A stretch of 58,494 bases of DNA, the filler included, from Sphacelaria rigidula (lineage: Eukaryota): NCBI GenBank assembly GCA_964200075.2. It is 8 parts of 8 records of this genome, joined end to end, with 100 filler letters (N's around TTAATTAATTAA, not from the genome) between each part and the next. Parts side by side here need not be neighbours in the genome. Positions count along the whole stretch, not along the records: positions 43,947 to 51,170 come from CAXNAA020015885.1; positions 51,271 to 58,494 come from CAXNAA020015886.1; 6 more parts are not named here. One strand, 5' to 3'. Below are positions 48,519 through 58,494 of the stretch, piece after piece. Within the stretch, counting starts at the first letter, position 1. The number at the start of each line of letters is the position of its first letter. The position numbers and the translations under genes are program-made. Under the pieces are notes generated by a model. It was not told the origin of the DNA, did no database searches, and saw nothing but the letters and a program-made list of their open reading frames with translations.

Positions 48519-50734
48519 TTAAATGCCCTCTAAAATATCACAGAATTGATTCTTTTATCGAGTAACGGCGGGCGTGTGGAGAATACAGTAAACAGCAAGC
48601 TTGATGTGTGAGGCAGCATAGCGTCGCTCCTTTCAGCTGCCTTGCGCAGCAGAAAACATACAGAAGCTGTTGCATGGAAATATTTAGCATCATCAGTCCC
48701 ACGTTTCACAGTAGCGAGTGACGGTTCACGAATTTAAATCTAACCCGCATGCAGCACAGGTCAAGCGCCATCCCCACGCCATCCAGTACACCGTGAAATT
48801 ACTTCAAGCGGGTAGCTCGGTGTCATCAGCATGAATTCTTCAATATCTTTCCTTCCCTTGGTTTGTAGTTGGTCATGACAATAAGTAAGGTTGGAAGTTG
48901 GTTTATTATCATCAAATTCTAGAAAACACGCATGAGTTCAAACTGGCCCAAACGTTGTATCCAGAGAGGCGGCGAAATAGGATTCAAATATCTGCGTTGT
49001 ACCTGAAATGTATACAGTATATATATACTGTATTGGCTGGACATAAGATGCGGTGTCCGTCATCGGCTGACTCGCGCGGGAGGGGTACGTACCCCCGGCA
49101 CTCGCTGCGTGGTACGCGAAGCTAGCACTCAGGTGTCTTATCTCACTCCAAAAGGACGGTGTACAACCATACCTGCGCGTTGTGTGCAGTAAGCCTAGAG
49201 CCGTTTCATAGCGCGGTGCGGAGACGATGTCAACATGTTGCAGCCTATGGTGTTATATCCACCCTGAGGCGTGGCTACTGACGGCGGCCAATTATTGTAC
49301 TTCAAATACCCGTTATACTGTAAAATACGCATATAAGGCAAGGCGATTCTGGCCGCAGCTCCAACATCAATTTCAGCTGTTGTAGCAATAACCGCTTCGC
49401 CACCGCCGTGTACACGCATCTTCAGTGGCGTAGGATAAGCACAGCATGTAGCGACATCAAGGACATACGGGATTGATCAAGAACCAGTTCGTTCTATTTC
49501 ACACTCTCAGTCAGCAAACTTCATCATCACATGCGAGGTTATCGTTTGAGGTGAATAAAGATTTTTCATGTATGGGGACCGGAACATTATCGTGGCTGGT
49601 GCTTCCTTGAAAAAGCACATTTCGGAAAATTGCAAGAGGGGCAATCAATACGTTGCAGATGACAACAGTCGACACAACAGTTCCGGTTGCAGAAGCGCCA
49701 TAATACGGACAAAATAGTGGCGGTGCCTCTCCGGCTCGTCCGTGCACTGGTTCGTTTTTACTACTGTCTCAATTGTTGTGGTTACGATGTCGCTGCTCAA
49801 GCACTGTGATGACGGATCTTCTCAAGACGGGGCATGATGAAGTGAAATTTCCTACTTCAACCAAACATGCGGGATATTCATCCATGTGCAATACAGTATG
49901 CAATGATTTGTACGTACTCGCTCACCATTTATCGCAGGGCAAAACAGTTTTCCGGCACAAGTGATGATCAGTTTAACGAGGAACAGCTCATCCTGAATGT
50001 CAGGGTGTCTTGATCTCAGCTTCAGGCGATGATATTTTTCTTTTGCACTGGTGGTTTTGAATCTCATGTCTCAGGCCACTTCGTTCCCGTCCATAGGAGT
50101 AAAACAAGGGGGCCGGCTTTCACCGATTCTGCAAGAACCGAGTTCAAGCCGGATGTAAAGAGGCATGTTAATGTAACCGTCTGCGTGCGGGCTCAAACAT
50201 CCTCCCCCCTGACTGCGGCACATTGCCAGTTCCCGCAGCCAGCCCTCTGGGACTTTTCCATCAGATTAGATGGGCCCATCATTGTACTGCCCTTCCTCCA
50301 TGTATGCCGCGATCCATAACATTAGTGCCTCGTGAAAATGACTACATTGTGGCATGTACACTCCTTCCCTGATTTTCCCACTCCACCCTGTGTTAGTGTA
50401 ATTGCTACATTCTAGTATACGCTGGCGACTCATCAAAACCCCTGGGAAACCCGAGGAACGTTGTACTGACTGCAAGTAATACAAAAAGCCATGCTCCCAG
50501 CATCCTGGCTTCGGAAACTCGGAAAGGCTCATCTGGATCGGGGATAGGCCTCCCACACGATCCTTACGGTGACATCACACTCGGCAACAGTCCCCGCGCT
50601 GATCGTTCGGGTCTGGTCGATGAATTTCACCTCGCCGTGATTAGTTTAGTCGCCCCCTGACTTTTTTCTGATAATTTCACCAACACATGGTCAACCCCGT
50701 GTTAGTGGGGGGTCGGTCCCAAAAGGATTGATAA

Positions 50735-50950
50735 GGCGAGCACACTCGAGTCACAGCGTTGTGGCGGAAATGAATAGGGCGAGCACTCGAGTCGATGCTG
50801 GTTGGGGAAAAAAACATTTAGGGCGAGCACTCGAGTCATTGCTCTTTGTGAAAAAAAAAAGTAATGACTCGAGCGCACGAGTCATTGCTCGTCGTGTTTT
50901 CAAAATACATCCAAGAGTGCACTCCTTTCGACGAGTGATGGCTCGTCCGA
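50735..50950. repeat. Cluster of GGGCGAGCACTCGAGTCA motifs (probable MITE ends)
   Basis: Motif at ~50735, 50777 and 50821, with inverted partial copies at 50865-50890. Confidence 0.5.
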
Positions 50951-51270
50951 CGTGTGCAATGATGTACAGTAGTCAGCGTCAGAAGTATGCAGAATCCGTA
51001 ATTTCTTAGTTTCTCAGAGATTGTCCAAATTTGTTTTGCTTGCCACAGCTCATCACGGTGATTGTTGGATGCAAAAAAATGCGCATCCGGAGACATTTGC
51101 ATCTTCTTGACAAATATTGACAGGAATATCATCTGCGGTCGATCATGAGTGACTTACGGGCTTGACCGATNNNNNNNNNNNNNNNNNNNNNNNNNNNNNN
51201 NNNNNNNNNNNNNNTTAATTAATTAANNNNNNNNNNNNNNNNNNNNNNNNNNNNNNNNNNNNNNNNNNNN

Positions 51271-51325
51271 AACTCAACCATCAGAAGGTTAAGTGGTTAC
51301 CAACTGAGCCACCGGGGCGACCGGC
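51271..51325 (-). mobile_element. tRNA-derived SINE-like head truncated by the contig edge
   Basis: Minus strand GCCCCGGTGGCTCAGTTGGTAACC... contains a canonical Pol III A-box (TGGCTCAGTTGG). The B-box would fall in the gap. Confidence 0.5.
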
Positions 51326-51364
51326 ACAGTGTGTACATTCCTCAATTCTCTTTTTTTTTTTCAC

Positions 51365-51453
51365 CTCATGAGACGAATCTCACGCAGAACGTGCTTGGCG
51401 TCGATGATATGTTGAGCCATGGGACGAATCTTCTTTATGGCAACTCTTTTGCC
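51365..51453 (-). CDS. Mitogen-activated protein kinase, exon encoding subdomains II-III
   Basis: cag|GGC AAA...ATG AG|gtga encodes GKRVAIKKIRPMAQHIIDAKHVLREIRLMR (VAIKK lysine; MAPK-type AKxxLREIxL helix C). Confidence 0.92.
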
Positions 51454-52816
51454 CTGACACGATTTGAAGAGACAAAATTTCGACGAGGAAACAACAAGGC
51501 GCGCAAAATAAAATACGAACAAGTCGTCACGTTTCGTTTCAGATGTTAGGCATATATCTGATGATGGTGGCACATGTACCCCCCTGCAGTCCATTTTGTA
51601 TAATCTGACAACACGATTTATGCAGTATCCACGAGACGTTTGTTCGGTGAACATGTAGGCGTGGCTGGTGAGACGCCTCAACAGTCCAGTCTATGAACGA
51701 CTTTAAGCTTTTGATAAATCGCTCAAACGTGCTGAGTCGTCTTTTTCGACACAACAAGACTCGTGTAAGAGCACGCGAATACTGGTGATGCCCTGCTATA
51801 ACGATCATTGGATACACCCGCCTAGTTTCCCCAGCATTACTCCTCATCGAACCCATCCTGTTTCGTTCAGCCCAGCTCTCTGGGCAGCCGGACAAGCAGC
51901 ACAAAGTACACTTGCGATGCTTTCCCCGCACCAGGGTAACCCCCCCACCCTCCCTGTACGTGCGAGGTCAGTGGTCATATGACTACGGCATGCAAAATCA
52001 TGAGTACATCCCCCTCTCGCTCGTCCCTCCATCCGTTTCTCTTCGAAAGTCGTGTTCACTGTCGACAGGATAGCATTCACGTTTGAACTGAGGTAGAGAC
52101 AACTGGCGGAGGACGATTGATCCCTCCACTAGAAACAGCAACTCGCTTTGCCAAGAACTCGTGGTACAGTGGCCTACCCCAGCTGAGCACCAAACATGAA
52201 AATATCCCCCGCCCCCCAGTCCTCTGTTATCCACTCGAAAAGGATGCGTAGTTAGTGGTCAAATGACTCAGGCAAGAAAAACATGAGTACGCCCCCCCTC
52301 CGTCCTCAGAAACACCACCCCCCCTGACCCATGACCAAACCCGGTCGTAAGGTGCTCCACACCACAGCAGAAAACATGAGAACGCTTAACCGCCCCCCCC
52401 CAGCATTCACCATCCCGGCCGACTCATGGCCACAATAAAAGTTCTGCTTCAGGCATTCTGTGATGGATCTTCCAGTTTCTCGTTACCGCGGCCTGATCCG
52501 AAGGCTACCACTCATCCACTTGAAGCTTTTAACGACCAAACAAGGAGACGAGCCTGAGATCTGGACCAAACACGGGATTATTTTTTGTCATTGAGGATGG
52601 ATATTGTTTTGAGGATAAACCCTGGGAACCTTCATGAGCATCGAAACATTCTCGAGAACAAAATGCACATGAATATCAAGAAAGGAATAGTAGTCTCGCT
52701 CACCCTAAAAAAACGTCCATGCGCAATTTAAACATCCTGTGTTGACACGGGATTCTGACAAATAAGAACAGCATCTTGTACGGAAGTGAACGGAGGTCGA
52801 AATTAGTCGGTACATA

Positions 52817-52992
52817 CAAACACGGGATTTTACAACTTGCGTGGATTCCTTTAGGGATGAGCGAGGCCACACATCACGACCCAAGAGTACATTCGCATTC
52901 TTATTTGAAAAAATTGTCGACGCTTCCGAAGGCTTGCCAAGGTTTATCCTGAAAAAAATCCATCCTCAATTTGTAAATTCCTGTGATATTTG
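52817..52992. mobile_element. Short MITE sharing termini with the 19494 foldback
   Basis: CAAACACGGGATTTTACAA.TTG ... CAATTTGTAAATTCCTGTG. Another similar left end at 52567. Confidence 0.55.
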
Positions 52993-53229
52993 CAAGTGTC
53001 GGAGAATGGTATCCTAGTCGCCTCTTCGGTCGAAAAACGGCCACCCAGTTCCCATCGGCCGGACGCGGCTGGCTGTGAAATCACCGATCACGTGGTAACA
53101 ATCATTACGCCTTGTCAAACGTGTTGGAAACTCCCTTTATTCGGCAAGAAGCTTCTATTTCTTCACATCACCATCACCACCACCATCACCGTGACAAATA
53201 TAACGTGTATGCTCATTACATTTCTTCAC

Positions 53230-53533
53230 CTGTTTTCCGTCCAGCGCCGAGCAGACGATACCGAAGGACCCCTTGCCTATTGGCTTGAGCGCGCTGTATC
53301 TTGCATCCACGCGAAACGTGTGGTTCATTATGGAGTATGACGTGGATTGCTGCGTCGTTCTCGGGGGTCCGGCGACGGCGGCGGCGGCGCCGGTGCCACT
53401 TTCGACGACTTCTTCTGATTCTGCAGCGAGCGCTCCTAGAGATCCTGCAGATCCGTCGTCGTTATCTTCGTCGTCTTCTTCGCTCTCTTGCTGCTGCTGC
53501 CGCTCTCGTTGTTGTTGCTGCTGTTGTTGATGT

Positions 53534-53572
<39 letters not shown>

Positions 53573-53665
53573 AGTTGTACTTGTAGTTGTTGCTGTTGCT
53601 GGAGCTGGAGCTGTTGCTGTAGATGGAGCTGCTGCTTCTGGTCGGTATTACTGTTGCCGTTATCC
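53230..53665 (-). CDS. MAP kinase exon: polyQ/acidic N-terminal region + subdomain I (5' boundary uncertain)
   Basis: Open frame 53697->53230: ...QQQQ..ESEEDDEDNDD...TSYSIMNHTFRVDARYSALKPIGKGSFGIVCSALDGKQ|gtgaag, which splices in phase 0 to GKRVAIKK. Missed by the ORF track. Start placed at the candidate acceptor GGCAG|G. Confidence 0.85.
53488..53637. repeat. (CTG/TTG)n microsatellite = coding polyQ on minus strand
   Basis: Directly visible and in frame with the kinase domain. Confidence 0.9.
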
Positions 53666-53949
53666 CTGCCATCAGCAACGACGAGATTGTCACACTTTCA
53701 TTCCGTACTGAGTGAATCAAGACAAACAAAATGATAGTTGCGAATGCGAGCTGGGGGGCGGGGCAATTATTCGACATCGGTAGCAGCCGTCGTTGCTCCT
53801 CGAAAAACAAGCCTATCGAACACCCTTCCCTACTCAACAGCCCAATTAGATGATATATAACTTTCTGAGACCCAGCTATTGGAGCGCCATATTACTCCCC
53901 TCGACGCCCGATCTCATAACAACCATGGAGGTATTTGAGCAGGTCCTCA

Positions 53950-54650
53950 TTGTGGGCGCACACGTGCGGCAGAGCATTGTTCTAGGCTTGTCTATAATAC
54001 GGCAAGCACGAGTTTCTGTGGCAGCATGCCGCACAATTACTTTCTGCCGGTGCCGCAGAGCGAGAAGACTTTGGTAATCGCACTGCAAAGAAGCAAACTG
54101 CTGACATGCCTTCAATACAATAGACCGGTATTGTGATCTAGTAATGTTTTTTGTTGGTTCCTGAAAGGTCGTGTACTATCGTGTCGAGCATACCCGGCTA
54201 TTCGAATTTTCGTCATTTCCCCAGATGCACCGTGTACGCGCGTTCAATTTGTCATCATCTTCGTGGAGTGTAATTATACCTGGTGGCACTGCGAAGGTTG
54301 CTGGTGGTGTTTCCATTCCTGCGATGCTGGTGGTAGTTGTTGTCGTTCGTGGGATAGTCATGGTGACCGCTGTAGTTTGTTGTCCTGTGGATGGCCATCG
54401 TTGTCCTGCGGTGTGGGCCCCAATCAAAGCATCGAGATAGCTGAGGTCGATCATACACCCGCGACATTCTAGCATTTACACACCGCACCAAAAATACTAG
54501 AGCAGAAAAAACGGATCGCGCGCCCTGCTTTTGAGGATCTTTATCGGACGACGAAATCGTACATGCTCGGTGAGATTGTTTTGCCAAGTCAAAGGAACGC
54601 ATACCCAACCGTCGATCCGGGACCGTGAATAGGACTCCTACAAAGATCAC
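53950..54650 (-). mobile_element. Possible highly decayed piggyBac transposase C-terminus
   Basis: GMRSFDLAKQ...RSVFSALVFLVRCVNA resembles piggyBac MGGVDLxDQ...RxFxxLLDxxxxNA, followed by Cys-containing fragments (RTRCIW; CRII..RTMLCRTC). By-eye similarity only. Confidence 0.3.
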
Positions 54651-56454
54651 GGTACACGTATAAAAAATGTACTCTCACTCGGGCAGCATGACAAGTTGGG
54701 CCAACAGCTAGGTGGTGACGAAGTAGTGTTCTTGTATTGAGTCGGTCAAGTCAAGCACTTTGCCAAATTCAGCGAAAGCTCAGGATTTCCTGTGGACGTC
54801 GCCACAGTATCATTTAGAGAGTCTCGGAAACCCTTCTCTTCTTCAGCCTACTTTTTTGTCGGCGCAAAAAATCTCACGAAACTAAGCTTTCGAACATTCT
54901 GTTTTTTACATAACTCAGGCAAACTCAAAATGCTGAGAAAAGTGTTGCAATCTCTTCAAAGTGTCAAATTCATGAGATCCATGAGATATGGACGCTGACA
55001 AAAGTTGAGCTGACAGGAAAGTTGTTTACGACTAGTGAGAGCGAGCACACGATACGGTATTCAAGGTTTTCCAAACAGTATGTGGGGCTGAGGCCTCACT
55101 CATCCAGTGAAAAGTGTCGAATAATTTAGTTTCAGCAATCGGTATGGCTTGGGTACAGGGCTGTGACACAGAAGTAGGGGTTGAGATCATTTACAGGACG
55201 GCAAAAATTATATAGGCAAACCCTACAACATACAACCACGCACATTTTGGGACAGGGCATTAATTGGGCGGAAGTAATAGATTAGAAAGGTGAGCCTACG
55301 AAACTGTGGGCCATAGATCAGACGCTTCTAATGTTTAGACAGCGAGCCTACATTTTCCATGCTCGCGCTACGTTCAAAGTAATTATTTGAGAACGTAGCC
55401 CCCATTCACCCGGTGACAACAGAGAGATGTCACGTTTTTTTAGCACACTATGCAGGGCCTCCAGTAGATTGGAATCAAGATACCACCAGAGCCTCGAAAG
55501 TTGACGCTTTTTCGGTTTGAGGGGTGCGCTCGTGACTGGCATGCCGCAGTCACCAGGTCGTTGACCTCGCATCCCTACAAAGCCGGGACGGAGCACGTCG
55601 GGTTCTCGCTAAATCAGGCTTGCAAACACCAAGCGCGAAGCGCCGTGATGTTTTAGGCAAGTATAACTCGTAGTATGAAGGGTGAGCTGCATCCTACTAC
55701 CATTGTTCGTTCCGGAGCGTGCAAGTCACCTCCCATATGGATGACAGCCCCAAATGAGTTGCTTTATTTTCTGGTTGGCTTGAGGGAGGGGGAGGCGGTA
55801 TCCAAGGAGTGGCGTGCACTTGCCCCTAAGTGTACTGGGTAAGCTCCAGTATGGGAACGTCAACCAAAATTTTGTTCATGACGTCGCCTACGCGTATATG
55901 AACCCCTTGAGATTTTATGCATCGACGAATCACTTGAATCAACTGTCGCCGGTCTTTATCATTTGAAGAAGTTATGATCAGTCTATATCCAAGATGATGA
56001 CCTGAACTGGTCGGCTCTAGGCGACAGATAAGAATAACAAAGTACTTGGACTTGAAGTATACCTCCATATGAACTACGTGTCTCTTTTTGGGTCCACTCA
56101 TCACTTGTATTATCGTAAATATGATATGGGTCACTTGACTACAGCAGAGTCAGTCTACATCGAAGAAAATGCGAAAACCTCGACTGATAACTCGGATTCG
56201 GTGTACCTGTATATGAATCAATCGAGCTTAGTGTAGGTGTACTAATCACCTGGATAAGATCAAGGGCTCCAAACAATTCGAACCTCAGAAAATATGTGCG
56301 CACCCCTACAATACCGTAGCACCATTCTTGGTTCGTGTGTCTATAGCTCCTTAGTTTCAGGGTGGTCTGACTGCTTGACTTCAGTGTTGTCAATTTCTAC
56401 TCAGCTTTTTAGTGTTGATAATAGAGAGTTTCAGAAGGCGCTTTCTTGTCGTTT

Positions 56455-56930
56455 CAGGCTACTTCTTATCATGTATTAAAACAAAAACTTGTCGAAAAGT
56501 GCATTTTTGGCTCTTCTCCCTCGTTTTTTACCCGGAAAGAGGGCTAGGCGGATATCGACACCCTGGAATGACTTACTCTACTCGCTGAGGCCGTTCCAGA
56601 GCACCTTTGCGTTTTCCGTAGGTTACGGTTTGGTTTTAGGTCAAACTTGCATTTTCAATAACAAACGGTCAAGCTACCAAACGAATGTCAGTTTTCCCCC
56701 TGTTTTTTTATAACTGGACAGTATGTTATTGAGAATGCACGTTTGGCCAAAAACGACACTGTGACGTACGGAAAACGCAAAGATGCTCTGAAACCGTCTC
56801 AGCGAGTAGCGCAAGTCATTTCAGGGTGTCAATCTCCGCCTTGGGCTCTCTTCGGGGAAAAAACGGCGGAGAAGGGCAAAAAATGCACTTTCAACAAGTT
56901 TTTTTTTTTGGTACATGAGAAGTGGCCTCA
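56455..56930. mobile_element. Foldback/MITE, ~475-bp palindrome
   Basis: Arms AAAACTTGTCGAAAAGTGCATTTTT...CTACTCGCTGAG...TTTGCGTTTTCCGTA and TACGGAAAACGCAAA...CTCAGCGAGTAG...AAAAATGCACTTTCAACAAGTTTT pair over ~220 bp. Confidence 0.85.
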
Positions 56931-58494
56931 GAGTACAAATATCTCAGAATCAGACGACAGAGTAAAAAAGCACCCCATCCGAAAAAGTCGAGGAGATACC
57001 ACATTTGACGGAGGGGGAAATATTTTTTCATTACACTCTCATCCCACGATATTTTCACTCTGAAATGACAAAACAGGGTTTTCCAAAACTCTAATGACTA
57101 CTGGGTTTGAGTATATGGCCACGCTTTCCTCGGCTACTGCCGCGGTTGGGTTGTTACCGGATTGTGGTCCACGTGCAAAAGGCCTGTGGACGACAGGCAT
57201 AGGTTATCTAACCCGCAGTGTCCTATACTGTACATCACATACTGTCATCATAACCCATTGTATTAGGGGGCATCAAAACCTGAAAACTGGGGTACCCGTT
57301 CCTTTCCTGCCTCAGCCTCACCCATCATGGGCTCTTCCTATATATTGTGGGGGGCTGGGGCTCTTGCCTCCACTTGGTAGGCGGGCACCTTGGGGATGTT
57401 ATGATTTCATTCATTGATTTGGCTTGGTAGAGTAAAACCCGCAACACCCCGAGGTGGGAAGTTACGTTTTCACCCGCTACCAGGTACCCCCAAGTTTATC
57501 TCATGGATTGTCTCCACACCAGTGCCTCGCATCTCACTTCGCTGGTGTCAATCATAACGGCAGAGTTGCAGTGTTTGGCGTGCGAAGCCATATAAATATA
57601 TGTACAAGACATCATCACACATGACGTGTCATTACATAATTTGCCAGCGTCAGCTTGACGCAGGTTCATGAAACGAAACTATAGCGACGTCTCCGACCCC
57701 CAAAACGCACGGTACACAGTCGTACAGTACGAGCTTGACCGGCCTAGACGCGGATTTAAGCTCTCAAAGCAAATATCTCATCGACACAGACGAGCTGGGT
57801 CGTGATCTGCATATCGTGTTAATCGTCTGATCATGGGGAAGATGCCCATGAGCTCAGATGTCTGGACCATTTTTTCTCGTTGATTAAATTCCATGTCTAG
57901 TAATTCCTTCACCGTACGGAGATAGCGTCAATGCTAAAGTCCATATGAAACCCCGAACGATGTATACAGCGGATGATTACGACTTTTGGTGTCGATATTC
58001 CCTGGAGAACGGGGAAACGATCAATACCTTCACTTTTGCCTAATTCGTTATCTGTCTCGGAAAATGGCGCACATAAGTTTTAATTCTAAAACCAATATAT
58101 TTCGAGCAGAGGCACTTGATACACTAAATCTGGATATTCCGTCTCAGTTTTGAGAGTTGTGCTGTAAAATTTGGTTTGGAGAATCGCCACTGCATGATGA
58201 AAAACATATATCGTTTTTCGTTATTTTTAATTTTTTTTCATTTTTTTTTGTTATTTTAGGGGAGATTTAAGGAAAAATGGACAGTGCTCTCGGACCTGAC
58301 ATCATTTTTTCAGGTTTATTTCAACAATTGAGATTTGAAACTGATGTTGGATGATTACAAAGGCATGCCGAAGAAAAAAAAATGGGCCCTTCGTATACAT
58401 CCTTTAACAGCCGATTCTCGAAAATGGGGTTGAAAACAAAATGAGGTTCAACTCAAAAACCGTGCTTTCCCTGACCTAAATTCGTGATAAATGA

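Larger units (their letters stand above)
43947..50321 (-). mobile_element. Two-LTR retroelement, decayed/non-autonomous (LARD-like)
   Basis: 43947-44167 is a near-identical direct repeat of 50101-50321, both ending GATCCATAACA (TGTTATGG on minus). The left copy abuts CCCCCTCTC (polypurine tract on minus). A decayed knuckle CWSCGQ lies on minus at ~49350-49367. No long ORF. Candidate other end of the 5' LTR is TGTTGTGG at 49774. Confidence 0.75.

Noticed and set aside
36968..53665. Oxidative-stress gene cluster (SOD + MAPK)
   Set aside because: The genes lie on different contigs separated by artificial spacers.
53301..53837. Poly-Ala/Val (plus) and poly-Ser/Asn (minus) ORFs
   Set aside because: Alternative readings of the CAG microsatellite; only the polyQ frame continues into the kinase domain.
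56139..56393. MAPK subdomain I exon (YGIV...ALDLIQ)
   Set aside because: Spacing is wrong, and the true exon GKGSFGIVCSALD is at 53230-53350.

Overview
Eukaryotic, repeat-rich DNA, most likely a brown alga (Phaeophyceae). The taxon is inferred from kb-scale GT-AG introns, CAG/CTG microsatellites, WPxSLQQL-type FNIP repeats and an RTE-type LINE; it is not proven. The window is not one locus: it is eight unrelated contigs of 7224-7225 bp joined by artificial 100-bp N44-TTAATTAATTAA-N44 spacers, so nothing can be inferred across spacers. Host genes read from the sequence: four exons of an Fe-type superoxide dismutase (+, 36968-42899), two exons of a MAP kinase with a polyQ/acidic N-terminal region (-, 51365-~53665), a decayed FNIP-repeat gene (-, ~28460-29045) and two tentative exons of an unknown protein. 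Most of the rest is transposon debris: a Ty3/Gypsy 5' part, a ~6.4-kb two-LTR element filled with tandem repeats, an RTE LINE fragment, probable hAT and piggyBac remnants, several MITE or foldback families and tRNA-derived SINE-like heads. The most unusual structure is a mirror-symmetric array of tRNA-like heads joined head-to-head at a shared AGCGCT (25965-26520, again at 27930-28235). No CRISPR array, operon or intact novel multi-gene system is supported.
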